DNA of 61,411 bases, the filler included, from Chiloscyllium plagiosum (lineage: Eukaryota), in NCBI RefSeq assembly GCF_004010195.1. It is 4 parts of one record of this genome, joined end to end, with 100 filler letters (N's around TTAATTAATTAA, not from the genome) between each part and the next. Parts side by side here need not be neighbours in the genome. Positions count along the whole stretch, not along the records: positions 19,332 to 49,117 come from NC_057711.1; 3 more parts are not named here. One strand, written 5' to 3'. The notes under the pieces were generated by a model. That model did not search any database, had not been told where the DNA came from, and saw only the letters and a list, made by a program, of their open reading frames with translations. Position 1 is the first letter of the stretch. The number at the start of each line of letters is the position of its first letter. A program made the position numbers and the translations under genes. Shown in pieces: positions 23,943 through 37,136 of the stretch.

Positions 23943-24465
23943 CAGTGGTGTTCCACAGGGTTTAGTCTTAGGTTCTCTATTTGTAGTATATATAAATGAT
24001 GATCTGGAGGAAAATGTGGTCTGATCAGTAAGCTTGCAAGTGACATGAAGATTAGTGGAGTGCTGACGATTGTGAGAGGATACAACAGAATATAGATAGA
24101 TTGGCGACTTGGATACAGAAATGGCACATGGAGTTTAATCCAGATAAATGTGAGGTGATGTGTTTTGGAGGATCAAAATTAGGTGTGAATTATACTGTAA
24201 ATGGCTGAACCTTTGGAACATTAGCGTATAGATGGATCGAGGTGTGCCTAAAAGTAACCACACAGGTGGCCAAGGTGATTTAGAAGGCATTTGCCTTCTT
24301 CGGCTGGGGCATGGAGTACATGACTAGGCGAGCCATGTTGCAGCGATATAAAACCCTTGTTAGGCTGCATTTGGAGCATTGTGTGCAGTTTTGGTTGCCA
24401 CACCATGAGATGGATGTGGAAGCTTTGGAGAGAGTGCAGAGAAGGTTCATCAGGATGTTGTCTAG

Positions 24466-26128
24466 TCTTCATCAGCTGTTTTAGTGTGGTGGTAAGTTGG
24501 GCCACCATGATGCTTCGGGGCTGGTGTAATCCGGTCTTCATCTGAGATGTCTTTAATGTATGGTCGGGTGACTAGAATCTCTGGGCATGTTGCGTCTTCC
24601 TGTTGAGGTGTCCCTTGCAGAAATCGATAGACTTGGTTAACTGTTGTTCCTGATTACACTCTATAGGTGCTTTCCTTGGCTTCTTAGTTCCTGGGTGTTG
24701 CATTGTATTGTGGCTTCATTTAAATTATGACCTGATGCAGCTTCAGTTGTGGATGTTGTGATGGTTGCTCTTGTAGTTGAGTATCTGGTCAGTGTGTGTG
24801 ACCAAGATGAAGAAAAGACTAGTCCGACAAGAAAAACTATCCAAGCTCTCTCACAGCAATGACATGTGCAACTCTGAGACTTGGATAAAGAACTGTTTGA
24901 CCACCCACTCTCAGACATTGAAACAGCCATTCGAGTATGAGGGATGAACTTTTTTTCAACCACGGGGATGTGAATTAAAAGGATTTCCTAGCAGCACAGA
25001 CATCCATCCTGAAAGACAATGGACTTAGGGAAGAAACCCAGCAGGCCATCAGACAGTACCAATACTCAGGAGCACCAATACTAAACAGTAAGAAAGAAGG
25101 CAACACCCTCAACACACTGGAAAGGAAAGCCCTGGAAAAGACAGAAATATTGTAAACCTACTGGCAGACAAATGATATATGACTGCTGCCCTGAACAGAA
25201 CACAGTACATTGAAAAAGCAAACATACTACAGTAACCCCCCCACGTAGTCTTGGGGGATACATTACAGAACCTACTGCTAATGAGTGCCAACCCATTCAT
25301 TTAAATGGGAAACGTGTCTCCTCGGCAGCCTCCTGGTCCCTAGAACATTCCCTTTTATATATACAGGTTGCAGTAACAGCGGGTAACTGAAACTCCGGTA
25401 ACCGGACCCACAGATACGGGAGTTGTCTCATACAACCATTGCCGACACCTCCCAATAGGTGGCATTGGACCAGATTCCACAGTTAGTAAACCACATTACA
25501 GCAGCCCTGAGGCAACTACACAAGACAGGTGAAATTAACAAGACAAACCTTCAAAGAATGAAACCTGAAGGATCCAGCACACCCTGTTTCTATGGTTTAC
25601 CAAAGGTACATAATTAAGGGCCCCCCCCCCTCAGACCCATAGTCTCACTTTCTGGCACACCAACCATAAGGCTAGCAAAGGAACTGCAAAGCAAACCCAT
25701 ACCAGCAGAATGAATGTCATACACAAAATACCCAGCAAGGACTGCAACAAACATTACATTGCACAGACTGGCAGGAAACTAGCCACCAAAAAACATGACC
25801 AACTATCACTGATATCCATACATACAGATGGACAGGGACAGCAGTTTGACTGGGGCAGGCTAAACCAAGACATGGCGGGAATTCCTAGAGGCCTGGCATT
25901 CAAACCGGAACTCCATCAACAAACACATCGATTTGGACCCCATTTATCAACATCTCAGAAACAAAACTGGAAATGATATCACTTACCACAACAAACCAAG
26001 ACACGTAAATAGAAAGTGGGACAGAACACCAACACTTCACCAGAGGTTCACTGATGAATTTACCTCGCATTGTGACAACATGCCTGAGAACAAATCCACT
26101 AGCTCAGCAAGCAAACTTGCAACCAGAG
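24466..26128 (+). mobile_element. Decayed Penelope-like element (second lineage) with inverted 5' part and large internal deletion
   Basis: PCFYGLPKVH..LRPIVS (25585-25650) is the PLE RT N-terminal motif. NVIHKIPSKDCNKHYIAQTGRKL is GIY-YIG-like. The terminus matches 15720-15850 and 28757-28950. Confidence 0.8.
25230..25430. mobile_element. Probable Tigger/pogo-type MITE
   Basis: Begins TA|CAGTAACCCCCC and ends GGGAGTTGTCTCA|TA (degenerate TIR). Interrupts the PLE sequence. Confidence 0.5.
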
Positions 26129-26858
26129 ATCTATAAAATTATGAGAGGCCTAGCTAGGCTAGATACTCAGCAGCTTTTTCCCAGGGTTGAAGTTTCAATT
26201 ACAATGGGGCACAGATTCAAGGTGAGAGGGGTAAAGTTTGAGGGAGATGTGCGACAGAAGGTTTTCACATAGAGTGGTAGAAGCCTGGAACGTATTGCCA
26301 GAAGAGGTGGTGGAAGCAAGCATGCTGGCGACATTTAAAATAGTTATATGAATAGGGAGGGAATAGAGGGATTATGGACCGAATAAGGGCAGAAAGTTTG
26401 TTGTTTAGTTAGGGCATAATGATCGGTAGAGACTTCTGTGCTGAAGGGCCTGTTCCTGTACTGTACTTCCCTTTTGTTCTTTTGTATCCAAATCTGAAAG
26501 CACCTCTGCATCGTCTTCATAGTTCATCCTCCCACCCAGCTTTGTGTCATCTTCAGATGTGAAGATATTGCATTTCATTTCCTCATTTTGTGGACAGTCA
26601 GGGTCCAAGCACTGCATTACCCATTGGTCACTGGCTGCCACTTAACAAGTAACATGTTCATTCCTACACTGTTTCCTGTCTCCCAGTTAATTCGCAGTCT
26701 ATTTCACCCTTGGCCTCCAATCTCATGAGCTACCATTGTACATGCTTATCTCTTATGTGGGACTTTATTGAATCCTTTATTGAATGTCTAAATAAACCAC
26801 ATCTGCTCCTCTCCCCATCCAAATCAACTCCATGAATTGTAGCCTCACAAAATTCCAG

Positions 26859-26938
26859 TTGATTTGGCAAACATAATTTCCTGAAGTAAATTCATGCTTG
26901 ATTTGGCAAACATAATTTCCTGAAGTAAATTCATGCTT
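26859..26938. repeat. Perfect 39-bp tandem duplication within a - strand CR1 remnant
   Basis: TTGATTTGGCAAACATAATTTCCTGAAGTAAATTCATGC occurs twice in tandem. Confidence 0.9.
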
Positions 26939-27375
26939 TTTTTGTCCAATCCAGTCACTGTTTTCTAAATGCTCTGCTATTGAATCTTTTTGACAGACTC
27001 CAGAGTTTTGCCCGTTACCAATGTCAGACTGCCTAATTTATCATTCATTTTCTATTCTAAAATTATTTTAAAGTAGTGCAAATACATTGGTTACTTTCCA
27101 AACCATGGGAACTGCAGAGTCTGTAGAATCTTGAAAGAAGACCAGCAACACATCCATTACTTCTTAGGCCACTTCCTCAAGTGAACTGTTCTCTGACACT
27201 CCAGGCCATTTGGTTTAGGTAGGCTGACAGCTTTGTGGTCGTGCTGGGACAGGGCAACTGTACGATGTGGAGGTCTATGTGCAGCAAAAGCATTTGCATG
27301 AAATAATGGTGTTGTGTGGCTTTGTCTATCAATATGTTTCTTTATCTTCAAGTTCATTTATTGCTTTATTTTCAG

Positions 27376-27446
27376 GGGTGATTTAGCTTATTTTGATGGA
27401 CTGAGTGAAACGATTCTCTCGGTGGGGCTAGTAAAACCCAAAAGAG
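27376..27446 (+). CDS. NUP155: Nup155 coding exon 4 ([23 protein letters not shown])
   Basis: Acceptor ttttcag|, donor GTAAGT at 27447, 71 nt, conserved peptide. Confidence 0.97.
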
Positions 27447-27847
27447 GTAAGTCACCTGTTCTGATCCCAGATTCTGAGGAGCACAGCCAGATATCAGAAA
27501 ACTGCTTGTCATGTTTGTAATCCACAACCAGAACAGTTGTTTACCTGGAGTCTGAGTTGATTCTATGTAACTCTGTCACAGAAGCATGGGTTGAGAGTTT
27601 ATTACCCTCCTTCTATGGTGATGTTGAGTATGTTCCTATTTATGGGTACAACTGGAGATCGCTGCTCAGGACAGAGCAATGGACTGAACACTGCTGCTTG
27701 TGATGAAATCTGTGACAGAAGTGGATCCAGTTTGATGATTTGCTGTGAATATACTTGAAATAATCTCTTTTAGATGCTGGAGATCCTGACATTAGGTCCA
27801 TTGCCTCTATTCAGCATTGTAATGAGAATTCTAATTTTCGTTTCTAG

Positions 27848-27940
27848 GTATATTCCAGCCTCACATCCGCCAGCTACTTGTACTGACCACTCCTGTTGAC
27901 ATTGTGATTCTTGGCGTCAGCTTCACCAATTCTCAGACAG
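27848..27940 (+). CDS. NUP155: Nup155 coding exon 5 ([31 protein letters not shown])
   Basis: Acceptor tttctag|, donor CAG|GTGCAC at 27941, 93 nt, conserved peptide. Confidence 0.95.
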
Positions 27941-28524
27941 GTGCACAAATCATTTCTAATCTTTCAATGGAGCACTGGCTTTTGTATTCTAATCTTTAAC
28001 TTCATTCAGTTCTGAACACTGCATTTAAGGAAGCATGTGAAGGTATTAAACAAAATGCAGAGGATATTCACCAGAATGGTTCGAAGGTGAACAATTTCGG
28101 TTCTGTGGACTGATTGCGGAAGCAGGGACAGACCTCCGCAGAGAAGGAGATTTGATTCAAAATCATGAGGGATCCAGGCAGAATTCTTGGGAAGAAACTG
28201 TTCCTATTGTTGGAAGGATCTAGAAGCAGACAAAAGCAATTTAAGATCATTGTTGGTTAGAGGAACAGCAACAGGAGAAAAAAAACTTTTCCATAGTCCA
28301 TGGTTAGAGCCTAGAATGCACTGCTTGACAGATAGGTTCAAATGGAAATAAGATCATTATCTGAAGGGGAAAACTACTTGCAGAGCTCAGTGGAAAAGGC
28401 TGAGGAATGAAAGCAACTGCACTCCTTTTGCAGAGAGCTGCAAAGGAGATGGGCTGAATGGTCTCCTGTAACTTCTGTAATCCTCTGAGTCAGCTATTAA
28501 AAAACCTCTAGTTAAGCTTGGGAG

Positions 28525-28680
28525 AGCCGGTGGCGTAATGGTATTAACATTTGACTGTTAATCCGGAGACCCAGGTGATGCTCTGGGTTTCTGAGTTCAA
28601 ATCCCACCACTGCAGAGAGTGGAATTTCAGCTGAATGGAAATCTGGAATTAAGAGTCAAATGATGACCATGAATCCATTG
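28525..28680 (+). mobile_element. tRNA-headed SINE (second family), 5' part
   Basis: A-box-like TGGCGTAATGG and B-box-like GAGTTCAAATCC. Related copy at 34650-34960. Confidence 0.65.
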
Positions 28681-28756
28681 GTCGAGAGTATGGTGCTGGT
28701 AAAGCACAGCAGGTCAGGCAGCATTAGAGGAGCAGGAGCCTGAAAAACCCGTTGTT

Positions 28757-28950
28757 AGTGAGTTTTGAGAAGATTTGTAGCTCAGGTTGAGGTTCTGAAT
28801 GTAAGTTTGCTCGCTGAGCTGGAAGGTTTGTTTTCAGATGTTTCATCACCAGGTAACGAGGTAACATCATCGGTGAGCACTGGTGGTATGGCCTGCTTTT
28901 TATTGATGTGTTTAGGTTTCCTTGGGTTGGTGATGTCGTTTATGGAGTGG
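28757..28950 (-). mobile_element. PLE (second lineage) terminus with decayed hammerhead-like core
   Basis: Matches 15732-15920. The - strand reads CACCGATGA-TGTTACC...GGTGAT-GAAA-CATC. Confidence 0.7.
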
Positions 28951-30194
28951 TGTTTAAAAATTATAAGCAGATCTTCCCAAAGTGAAGTTTGGAAACATTT
29001 GACACATACTTGTAGTGGTTGAAGTATGGCACTTTGCTGTGAACGGCAATCGATAATTACAGCTGATATGTTTATTGGACATTCAGATACGATGCATATC
29101 CAGTCAGGAACTTTAAAACAACTCCCGATAATGAAATAACACTTCTCTTGGTAGTCCGAAACCACTTCCCCTTTCTCAGGAGCAACTGTTTTACACATCC
29201 TGGTTCAGCCAAGACTTTTGCAAATTGCCCAAAACTGAAACTAAAGAATTTTTACCCAGAAATGGGTGTTTCTCCAAACTCAAAAAGAAACAATTTCATA
29301 ATCTTTAAATTGAAAGTCTAATGCAGTGTACTATTTACTTCATACAATCACAGACAATATAAATAAAACCCAATTACTCTAATTATTGTGTGTCTCCAAA
29401 ACCGTTAAAGTAAATCACCATGGCTATAGAGATACTTCCAAGTTAATCATTAAACCTCTTAGAGAATCCATGTGCCACTTCCTCAAAATCCAAACATCTG
29501 AAATGTATAATATTACCATATATTTTAATTGTACCTTACAGCAGAATGATTAGTTGTTAAACTTGAAGACCGATATTGATGGGTTTCTATTTTCCAAAAA
29601 TATCGAAGGCCGGGTTGATGTGTGGAGTTAGCTGCAGATCAACCATGAATAGGAAAACACACTCAGGAGGACTAAATGGCCACTCTTCTGTTCTAAACTT
29701 TAGATTATTGAAAGGGAATCACTGTGGGCTGTTGGGTTCTGTTTAAGAACTCGAGATGCAGAGCTCTCTGGACATGTCGTGCACCAGTAATTACCTGTTT
29801 GCCTTGGGTCATAGAGTCAGGGAGAGCTACAGCAAAGAAAATGACCTTTGGCCTGTTGTGCACCAGTCAAAAAAAAACACCCAGCAATTCTAATCACATT
29901 TTCCAGCACTTGAACCATAGCCTTGGCACCACAAGTGCACATGTAAATATTTCCCGGGTGAAAACGTTTTTCGGCATGTCTCTTCTAAGCCTTCTGTCCC
30001 TTACCTTAAATATGTGCCGCTGGTCATTGATTCCCCCCATCAAAGGATAAAGTTTCTTCCTATTTACCCTATTTATGCCTTTTAATGTTATACATTTCAA
30101 TAGGGTCTCCTCTCAATCTCTTTTGTTTTAGGAAGGCAATCCCAGTATGTCTAAAATGGAAACAGAAATTGCTGGAGAAACTCTGTCACTATGA

Positions 30195-30485
30195 GGGACA
30201 TCATGGTGGCTCAGTGGTTATCACTGCTGCCTCAAAGTACCAGGGTCCCAGGTTCAATTCCAGCCTTGGGAAGTTTGCGTGTTCTCTCCGTATCTGCATG
30301 GGTTTGCTCCGGGCACTCTGATTTATTTGCCACAGTCCAAAGATGTGATCGTTTGGTGTACAGTATTGGCCAAGGTAAATGTGGAGTTGCAGGAATAAGA
30401 TCATGGGCTAGGTCTGGGTGGGATGCTGTTCGGAAGATTGGTGCAGACTCGATGGGCCTCTTTCTGCATTGTCAGGCCTCTGTGA
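30195..30485 (+). mobile_element. Diverged HE1-like V-SINE
   Basis: A box TGGCTCAGTGG, B box GGTTCAATTCC, body similar to the 39064 and 43888 copies. Confidence 0.75.
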
Positions 30486-30742
30486 CTCAGCAAATCTGGT
30501 AGCATCTGTGGAATGAAAGCAAAGTCAATGTTTAGGATCCAGTGAATCTTCGTCAGAACTGTTTGTCCAATCTCTGTCTGTAACTAAAACTGTTGAGGCA
30601 ACATCCTGGTAAATCTCTTTGGCACCCTCTTCACTGCTATCTCAACCCTTCTATAATGTGGCTATTAGTGTGGCTTTGTGGAAAGCAAAGCTAAAATGAT
30701 ATTTTATTATATCTGCAATTATTCACTTGTTGTTTTCTTTAG

Positions 30743-30909
30743 GGCTGGGAATCCTAAGTGACAACGTATGTGGAGGGATGCAACTCCTGCCAGATCCTCT
30801 GTACTCCATTCCCACAGACAATACCTATCTGCTGGCAATCACTGCCACAGATACTGGCCGTATATTCCTGGCTGGAAAAGATGGTTGTCTGTACGAAGTT
30901 GCCTATCAG
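30743..30909 (+). CDS. NUP155: Nup155 coding exon 6 ([56 protein letters not shown])
   Basis: Acceptor ttctttag|, phase-0 donor CAG|GTAATT at 30910, 167 nt, conserved [18 protein letters not shown] motif. Confidence 0.97.
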
Positions 30910-30959
30910 GTAATTTTTTTTTCTTGTTGCTCTCAGCCATTGCTACATTGTAGTTTATA

Positions 30960-32310
30960 ATTGCAAATGATACGAAAATAGGTGCTATCATGGATAGTGA
31001 GGAAGGTTATTAGAAATTGCAAAAGGATGGACAAGTGCACTGAGAAATGCAAGTGGAGTTTAATACAGCTAAGGATGAGGTCTTGCATTTTGGAGAGTCA
31101 AATCAAGATTGGAGTTTCATGGTGAATGGTAGGGCCTTAAGGAGTGTCATGGAACAGAGGGAACTTGGATTTCAGGTTCACAGTTCTCTGAAAGTGGAGT
31201 CCCAGGTAGACAGGGCAATCATGAAAAATGTCGTGCTGGAAAAACACAGCAGGCCAGGCAGCATCCGAGAAGCAGGAGGGGCATAAGCCCTTCTTCGGGA
31301 ATGAGGCTGGTGTGCCAAGCGGGCCGAGATAAAGGGTACGGGGGAGGGAATTTGGGGGAGGGGCGTAGGAAAATGGTAAATGGAAGGAGGTGAGGGTGAG
31401 GGTGATAGGCCGGAGAGGTCGGGAAGAAGATTGCAGGTCAAGAGGGCGGNNNNNNNNNNNNNNNNNNNNNNNNNNNNNNNNNNNNNNNNNNNNNNNNNNN
31501 NNNNNNNNNNNNNNNNNNNNGCTTATGCCTGAAATGTCAATTCTCCTGCTCCTTGGATGTTGCCTGACCTGCTGTGCTTTTCCAGCACCTCATTCTTGAC
31601 TCTGAACTCCAGCATCTGCAGTCCTCACTTTCTCCCAGACAGGGCAGTGATGAAGGCTTTTTGCACACTGGACTTCATCAGTCAGGGCATTGACTATAGA
31701 AGTTGGGAAGTTATGTTGCAGTTGTACAGGACTTTGGTGAGGCCGCACTTGGAGTATTGTGTTCAGTTTTGGTCACCTTGCTGTAGGAAGGATGTTATTA
31801 AACTAGAAAGAGTGCAGAAGAAATTTACAAGGATATTGCCAGGACTCAGTGGTTTCAGTTATAGGGAGAGGTTGGACAAGCGAGGACGTTTTTTTCTTTC
31901 AAGCATAGGAGACTGAGGGTGGCGGGGGTGGGGGGGGTGGTGGAGGGAGAGTCTTAGAAGCATATAAAAATCATGAGAGGCCCAGATAGGGTGAATGCAC
32001 TCTGCTTTTCCCAGGATGGGGAATCGAAGACTAGTGGGCATCAGTTAAAGGTTAGAGGGGAAAGAGTAAAAGGGAACCTGAGGGGCAACTCTCTTACACA
32101 GAGGGTGGTACGCATATGAAATGAGCTGCCAGCAGAAGTGGTTGAGGCAAGTATATTAACAGCATTAAAAAGGCATTTGGACAATTACGTGGATAGGAAA
32201 GGTTGAGAAGGACACTGGTCTAGTGCAGTGAAATGCCATTAGCGTAGATAGCGATTTTGGTCGGCGTGGACCAGTTTGGGCTGAAGGGCCTCACTGTGCT
32301 GCAGGACTGA
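30960..32310 (+). mobile_element. CR1 RT/3' fragment with nested palindromic PLE insert (~31222-31635)
   Basis: LKVESQVDRA|VMKAF...[13 protein letters not shown] reads across the insert. AGACAGGGCA is duplicated at 31208 and 31637. Confidence 0.85.
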
Positions 32311-34649
32311 AGTGTGTATTGGCCTCATAGAGATTAAGGCTGGGGAATTAATCATGAAACTAAGGAGTGAACAGACTTTGTGTCTGCCTTCATGTTTAAA
32401 GAACCAGTAATGCACCAAGAATACTTAAACGTTATGAAGTAAAAGGGAAGAGAGAAACTTAAACCAGAAGAAATAGATACAGGATTGGGCCATTTGACCT
32501 CTTGGGCCTTCTCCTCCATTTTACAATCCATTCCCTGTCATCCTTGATTCCCCTACTGATCAAGAATCTATCTATTACAGACTGAAATATTCTCAAGGGC
32601 TTTGTCCCCACAGGTCTCTGAACAAGGAACTGTAAAGACTCAACCCTCGGAGAGAGGTTCCTCCTCACCTTAGTCTTATATTGGTGCCCCTTTATCCTGA
32701 GACTGTGCCTTCTGATTCTAGGCTCTCCCATAACGGTAATATCCTCTCAGCATTTACCCTGTCAAAGCCATAAGAATCCGATACATTTAAAAAGTCTGAA
32801 ACAATTGCCAGCACCAGGGAAAATGCGACAAAAGTGAGAAAAGTAGAAGAATGTAAGGCTGATAAGTCCTTGTGTGCTACAATACTGATGATACATGGGA
32901 GCAGGAGTAAACAATTCCGCTCTTGGTGCCCACTCCGCCATTCATTGCAATCTTGGCTGATTTGGTTATGTTTTCAACTCCGTTGGCCCAACAGGCCCAA
33001 TTCAGACTCCCTTGCCTATCGAAATTTTTATCAAATTCAGCCTTGGATATATTCAGTGACTCAACTTGCACTGTTTTCTGAGGAAGAGACTTCCACAGAT
33101 AACTAAGGTTTGGAGAAGAACATTCCCCTCTATCTTATAAGGGAGACCTCTTATGCTTTAGTTTGCCCCTTTGTCCTTGGCCATCCAATGAAAGGAAACA
33201 TTCTTTTAGAATCCACTCTGTCGGGTTCCCTCAGGATCTTGTATGTCTCAATAAGAGCAGTTCTCGTTTTTCTAAACTCCAGTAGATGCAGGCTCAGCCT
33301 GTACAGCCTTTCCTCCGAAGATAACCTGCAGTATCCTACAGTTCTCTTCTGATCTACTATTGTCTGTTCTTAAAAATATACCAAAACTGCACAAAGCCAG
33401 ATATAATCTCACTGATGCCCTAAACAAGTGTCGCAAATGAATGTACTTCTGTATTCCATTTCTGTTGCTAAAAGTAAGGATGACTGGCAGAAAAGCGAGT
33501 ACACATAAATGGAGTTATTTCAGATTGGCAGCATTCAGCAAATGGTTGGAGCTGGGCTTTTAACTTTTTACAATTTATAGCCATAACTTGGTTGAGGAGA
33601 TTGAAGGTAGAGTGGTTTAATTGATATATGATGCAAAGATAAGTTGGAAACTGTGTTGTGAAATTGACATAACACAGCCAAAGACCGACATAAACAAGTT
33701 CAGTGAATGGGCAAAAATCTGATTGATGAAGTAAAATGTGCACTTGTTCACTTGAGTGGGAAGAATAAAAACAAAACTCTTTAATGTTTATGAGGTGTAC
33801 TGGGATCTGGATGTTTTCATTTGAGTCACAAAACGTTAGTTTGTGAATGCTTCATGTAATCAAGAAGGTGAATGGGATACTAGCCTTTATTATGGTGGAA
33901 GTTTTACATAAAAGTAAGGATTTTATCCTGCAGTTATATAGAGCATTGGTGAGGTGACATCTTGAATCTGGATGTAGTTTCGTTATTTAAATAAAGAATT
34001 GAGGCTGTGCAGATGGGTTTTACTAGGTTAACACATAGAATGAGTGGGTTTTCTGATTAGGAAACATTGGACAAAGCCGGGCCTATTCGCTAGAGTTAAG
34101 GAGAATAGGGGATGATTTGATTAAAGTTGAGAAAATCTTGAATGGCCTTGTCAAGGTGGTCAGGGAAGGGATGTTTTGACTTGTGGGTAAGTTCAGAAAT
34201 AATTGAAGGATGTACTTTTAAGACAAAGACCAGGAAGTTGTTTCTCCAAAGGTCATGTGAATATTGGAGCTCTACCTCAAGCTTCTGAAGGTGAGACTTG
34301 GATATTTTTAACATGGGGAGTGGATAAATTCTTGTTTGGCAATCGAAGGTAATTAGGCGGAGATTGGAATGTGGAGTACAGTCAAACTCGTCATGATCTC
34401 TGTGAATGATGGAGAGACTTAAGGGATCAAATGGCTGACTTCTGCTCCTATTTCGTAAGTTTGTATCAAGGATTGAAAAACAAATAAAAATTTGTCCTAC
34501 TCATGGCAGGTCCTGACCAATTTCAAGAAGTTATCTAACTATCTTCCTTTGATATTAATGACATAATTATCTCTGAGTTTCCCACTATCACAAGCCTGGG
34601 GGTTACCATTGACCAATAACTGAACAGAATCTGGACTGACGATAGAGGG

Positions 34650-34960
34650 AGGCAGTGGCATCATGGGAATGTCACTGGTCAAGTAGTCAAGAGGCACAGG
34701 CTCATATGACAAAAACATGTTTGAATCCCATGATGTCAGCTAGTGGGATTTCAATTCAATTAATTAAGATCTTCATGTTTTTGAATTCAAAAACATTCTG
34801 GAGTATAAAGCTAGGCTCAGTTTTATGGCACGTTACTATCATTGGTTGTTGAAGAAACCCACCTGCTTCACTAATGTTCTTTAGGAAAGGAGATCTGCTG
34901 TCTTGGGTGGTCGGCCTACGTGTCATTCCAGGTTCTCAGCAAGGTGGTAGAGTTGTAACT
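34650..34960 (+). mobile_element. Diverged tRNA-headed SINE (second family)
   Basis: Similar to 28525-28680 and to the reverse complement of 13395-13545. Confidence 0.55.
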
Positions 34961-34961
34961 T

Positions 34962-37136
34962 CCTGGTGATTGGGAAGCTATTGGAGAGAATTCATGGGGA
35001 TAGGATTTACGTGCATTTGGAAAAGCATGGCCCAATTCGGGACAGTCAGCATGACTTTATGTGGGGCAGGTCATTCTTATTAACTTGATTGAAATTTTTG
35101 AAGAGAGGATGAAGGTGATTCATGCGGGTAGAGCCAGTGGGTGTTGTCCAGATGGATTTTAGTTTGGCTTTCAACAAGGTCCTTCTAGATAGGCTCATCC
35201 AGAAGATTAAGATGCATGGGATCAACGGTGACGTGACTGTATGGATTCAGAACTGGCTTGCCAATAGAAAGCAGAGGGTAATGGTAGAAGGGTGTTTTTC
35301 TGGCTAGAGGTCTGTGATTAGTGATGTTCTGCAGGGATTCATACTGGGACCTCTGCTGTTTGTGATATATGTAAATAACTTGGATCAAATGGAGTTGAGT
35401 AGGTGAATAAGTTTGCCGACAATATAAAGATTGGTGGAGTTGTGGATAATGTAGAAAGTTGTCAAAGGATATAGCAGGATCTCGATCAATTACAAATATG
35501 GTCCGAGAAATGGCAGGTGAAGTTTAATCCAGGCAACTGTAAGGTGCTGCACTTTGGGAGTTCAATGTTAAGGGCAAGTATACAGTTAATGGCAGGACTC
35601 TGAACAGCATTGATGTACAGGAGGATTTTAGGGTTCAAGTCCATAGCTCCCTGAAAGTGACCATGCAGGTGTTAGATGGTAAAGAAGGCATATGCCTTGT
35701 TTGCTTTTATTGATTGGGGAAATTGAGTACAAAAGTCAGTATGTCATTCTGCAGCATTTATTAGACTGTGGTTCGGCTGCCCTTAAGACTATTGCACTGA
35801 ATTCTGATTGCCACACGACAGAAAGGATGTGGCTGCTTTGGAGAGGGTTCAGAAGAGGTTTATCAGGATGCTGCCTGGATTAGAGGATATGAGCTATAAC
35901 GAGAATCTAGAAAAGCTCAGGTTGTTTTCTCTGGAGCGCCCGAGGCTAAGGGATGACTTGATAGAAATCTATAAAAGTGATGAAATGTGCAGATAACGTT
36001 GATGGTCAGAATCTTTTTCCCAGAATTGAAATGTCTAAAACTAGAGGACATGCATTTAAGCTGAGAGGGAGCAAATTCAAAGGAGATGACGGGACAAATT
36101 CTTTTAGACAGAATGTTGGAGTCTGGAACCTGATGCTAGGGGTGGTGATGGAGGCGGGTAAGATAGGAGTGTTTAGATAAGCAAAGGCATATTCAAAGAA
36201 TGGAAGTATGGAACAAGATAAAGCAGAAGGAATTAGTTTAATTTGGTGTCATGTTTGGCACAGCACTATGGGCGAAAGGCCTGTTCCTGTGCTATATTGT
36301 TTTATGTTCCATGTTACCTTGGAAATGACCGAGCAACCTGCTCAGTCCAAGGGTAAGCAGAATTGGGCTGAGAGGTGGCAATTGGCGTTCAGTGCAGACA
36401 AATGTGAGGTGATTCACTTTGGGAAAAAATTCTTGATGGTGTGGATGTGCGGAGGGATCTTGGTGTTCATGTAAATAGATCCCTGAAAGGTGCCACCCAG
36501 GTTGATAGTGCTGTTAAGAAGGCATATGGTGTGTTAGATTTTATTGGTAGAGGAATTGAGTTCTGGAGCCGTAATGTTATGCTGCAACTGAACAAAACAC
36601 TTGTGCAGCCTCGTTTGGAATATTGTATACAGTTTTGGTCACCTCTTTACAGGGAGGATGTGGAAGCATTGGAAAAGGTGCAGAGGATTTACCAGGATGT
36701 TGCCTGGTCTGGAGGGAAGATCTGATGAGGAAAGGCTAAGAGACTTGGGTCTGTTCTCATCGGAGAGAAGAAGGCTAAGAGGGGATTGATAAAGACATGC
36801 AAGATGATCAGAGGATTAGATAGGGTGGACAGTGAGAGTCTTTTTCTTCGGATGATGACGTCAGCGTGTGGGAGGGGTCATAGCTACAATTTGAGGGGTG
36901 ATGGATTTAAGACAGATGTCAGGGGCAGGTTCTTTATTCAGAGAGTGGCAAGGGTGTGGAATGCCCTACCTGCCAATGTAGTTAACTCAGCCACATTAGG
37001 GGCATTTAAACAGTCCTTTGATAAGCACATGGATGATGATGGGATAGTGTAGGGGGATGGACTTAGATTAGTTCACAAGTTTGCGCAACATCGAGGGCCA
37101 AAGAGCCTGTTCTGCGCTGTATTGTTCAATGTTCTA
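34962..37136 (+). mobile_element. Two consecutive CR1 RT/3' fragments (34962-36310; 36350-37136)
   Basis: RT motifs in ORFs 35122, 35808, 35977, 36441 and 36786. TGTTCTA-like tails. Confidence 0.85.

Larger units (their letters stand above)
23370..26480 (+). mobile_element. Decayed CR1 RT to 3' end (23370-24465, resuming ~26128-26480), split by a MITE and a PLE
   Basis: NYRPVSLTSVVGKLL, LKSHGIRGELARCIQYWLS, and later IYKIMRGL...GHRFKVRG. Confidence 0.8.
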
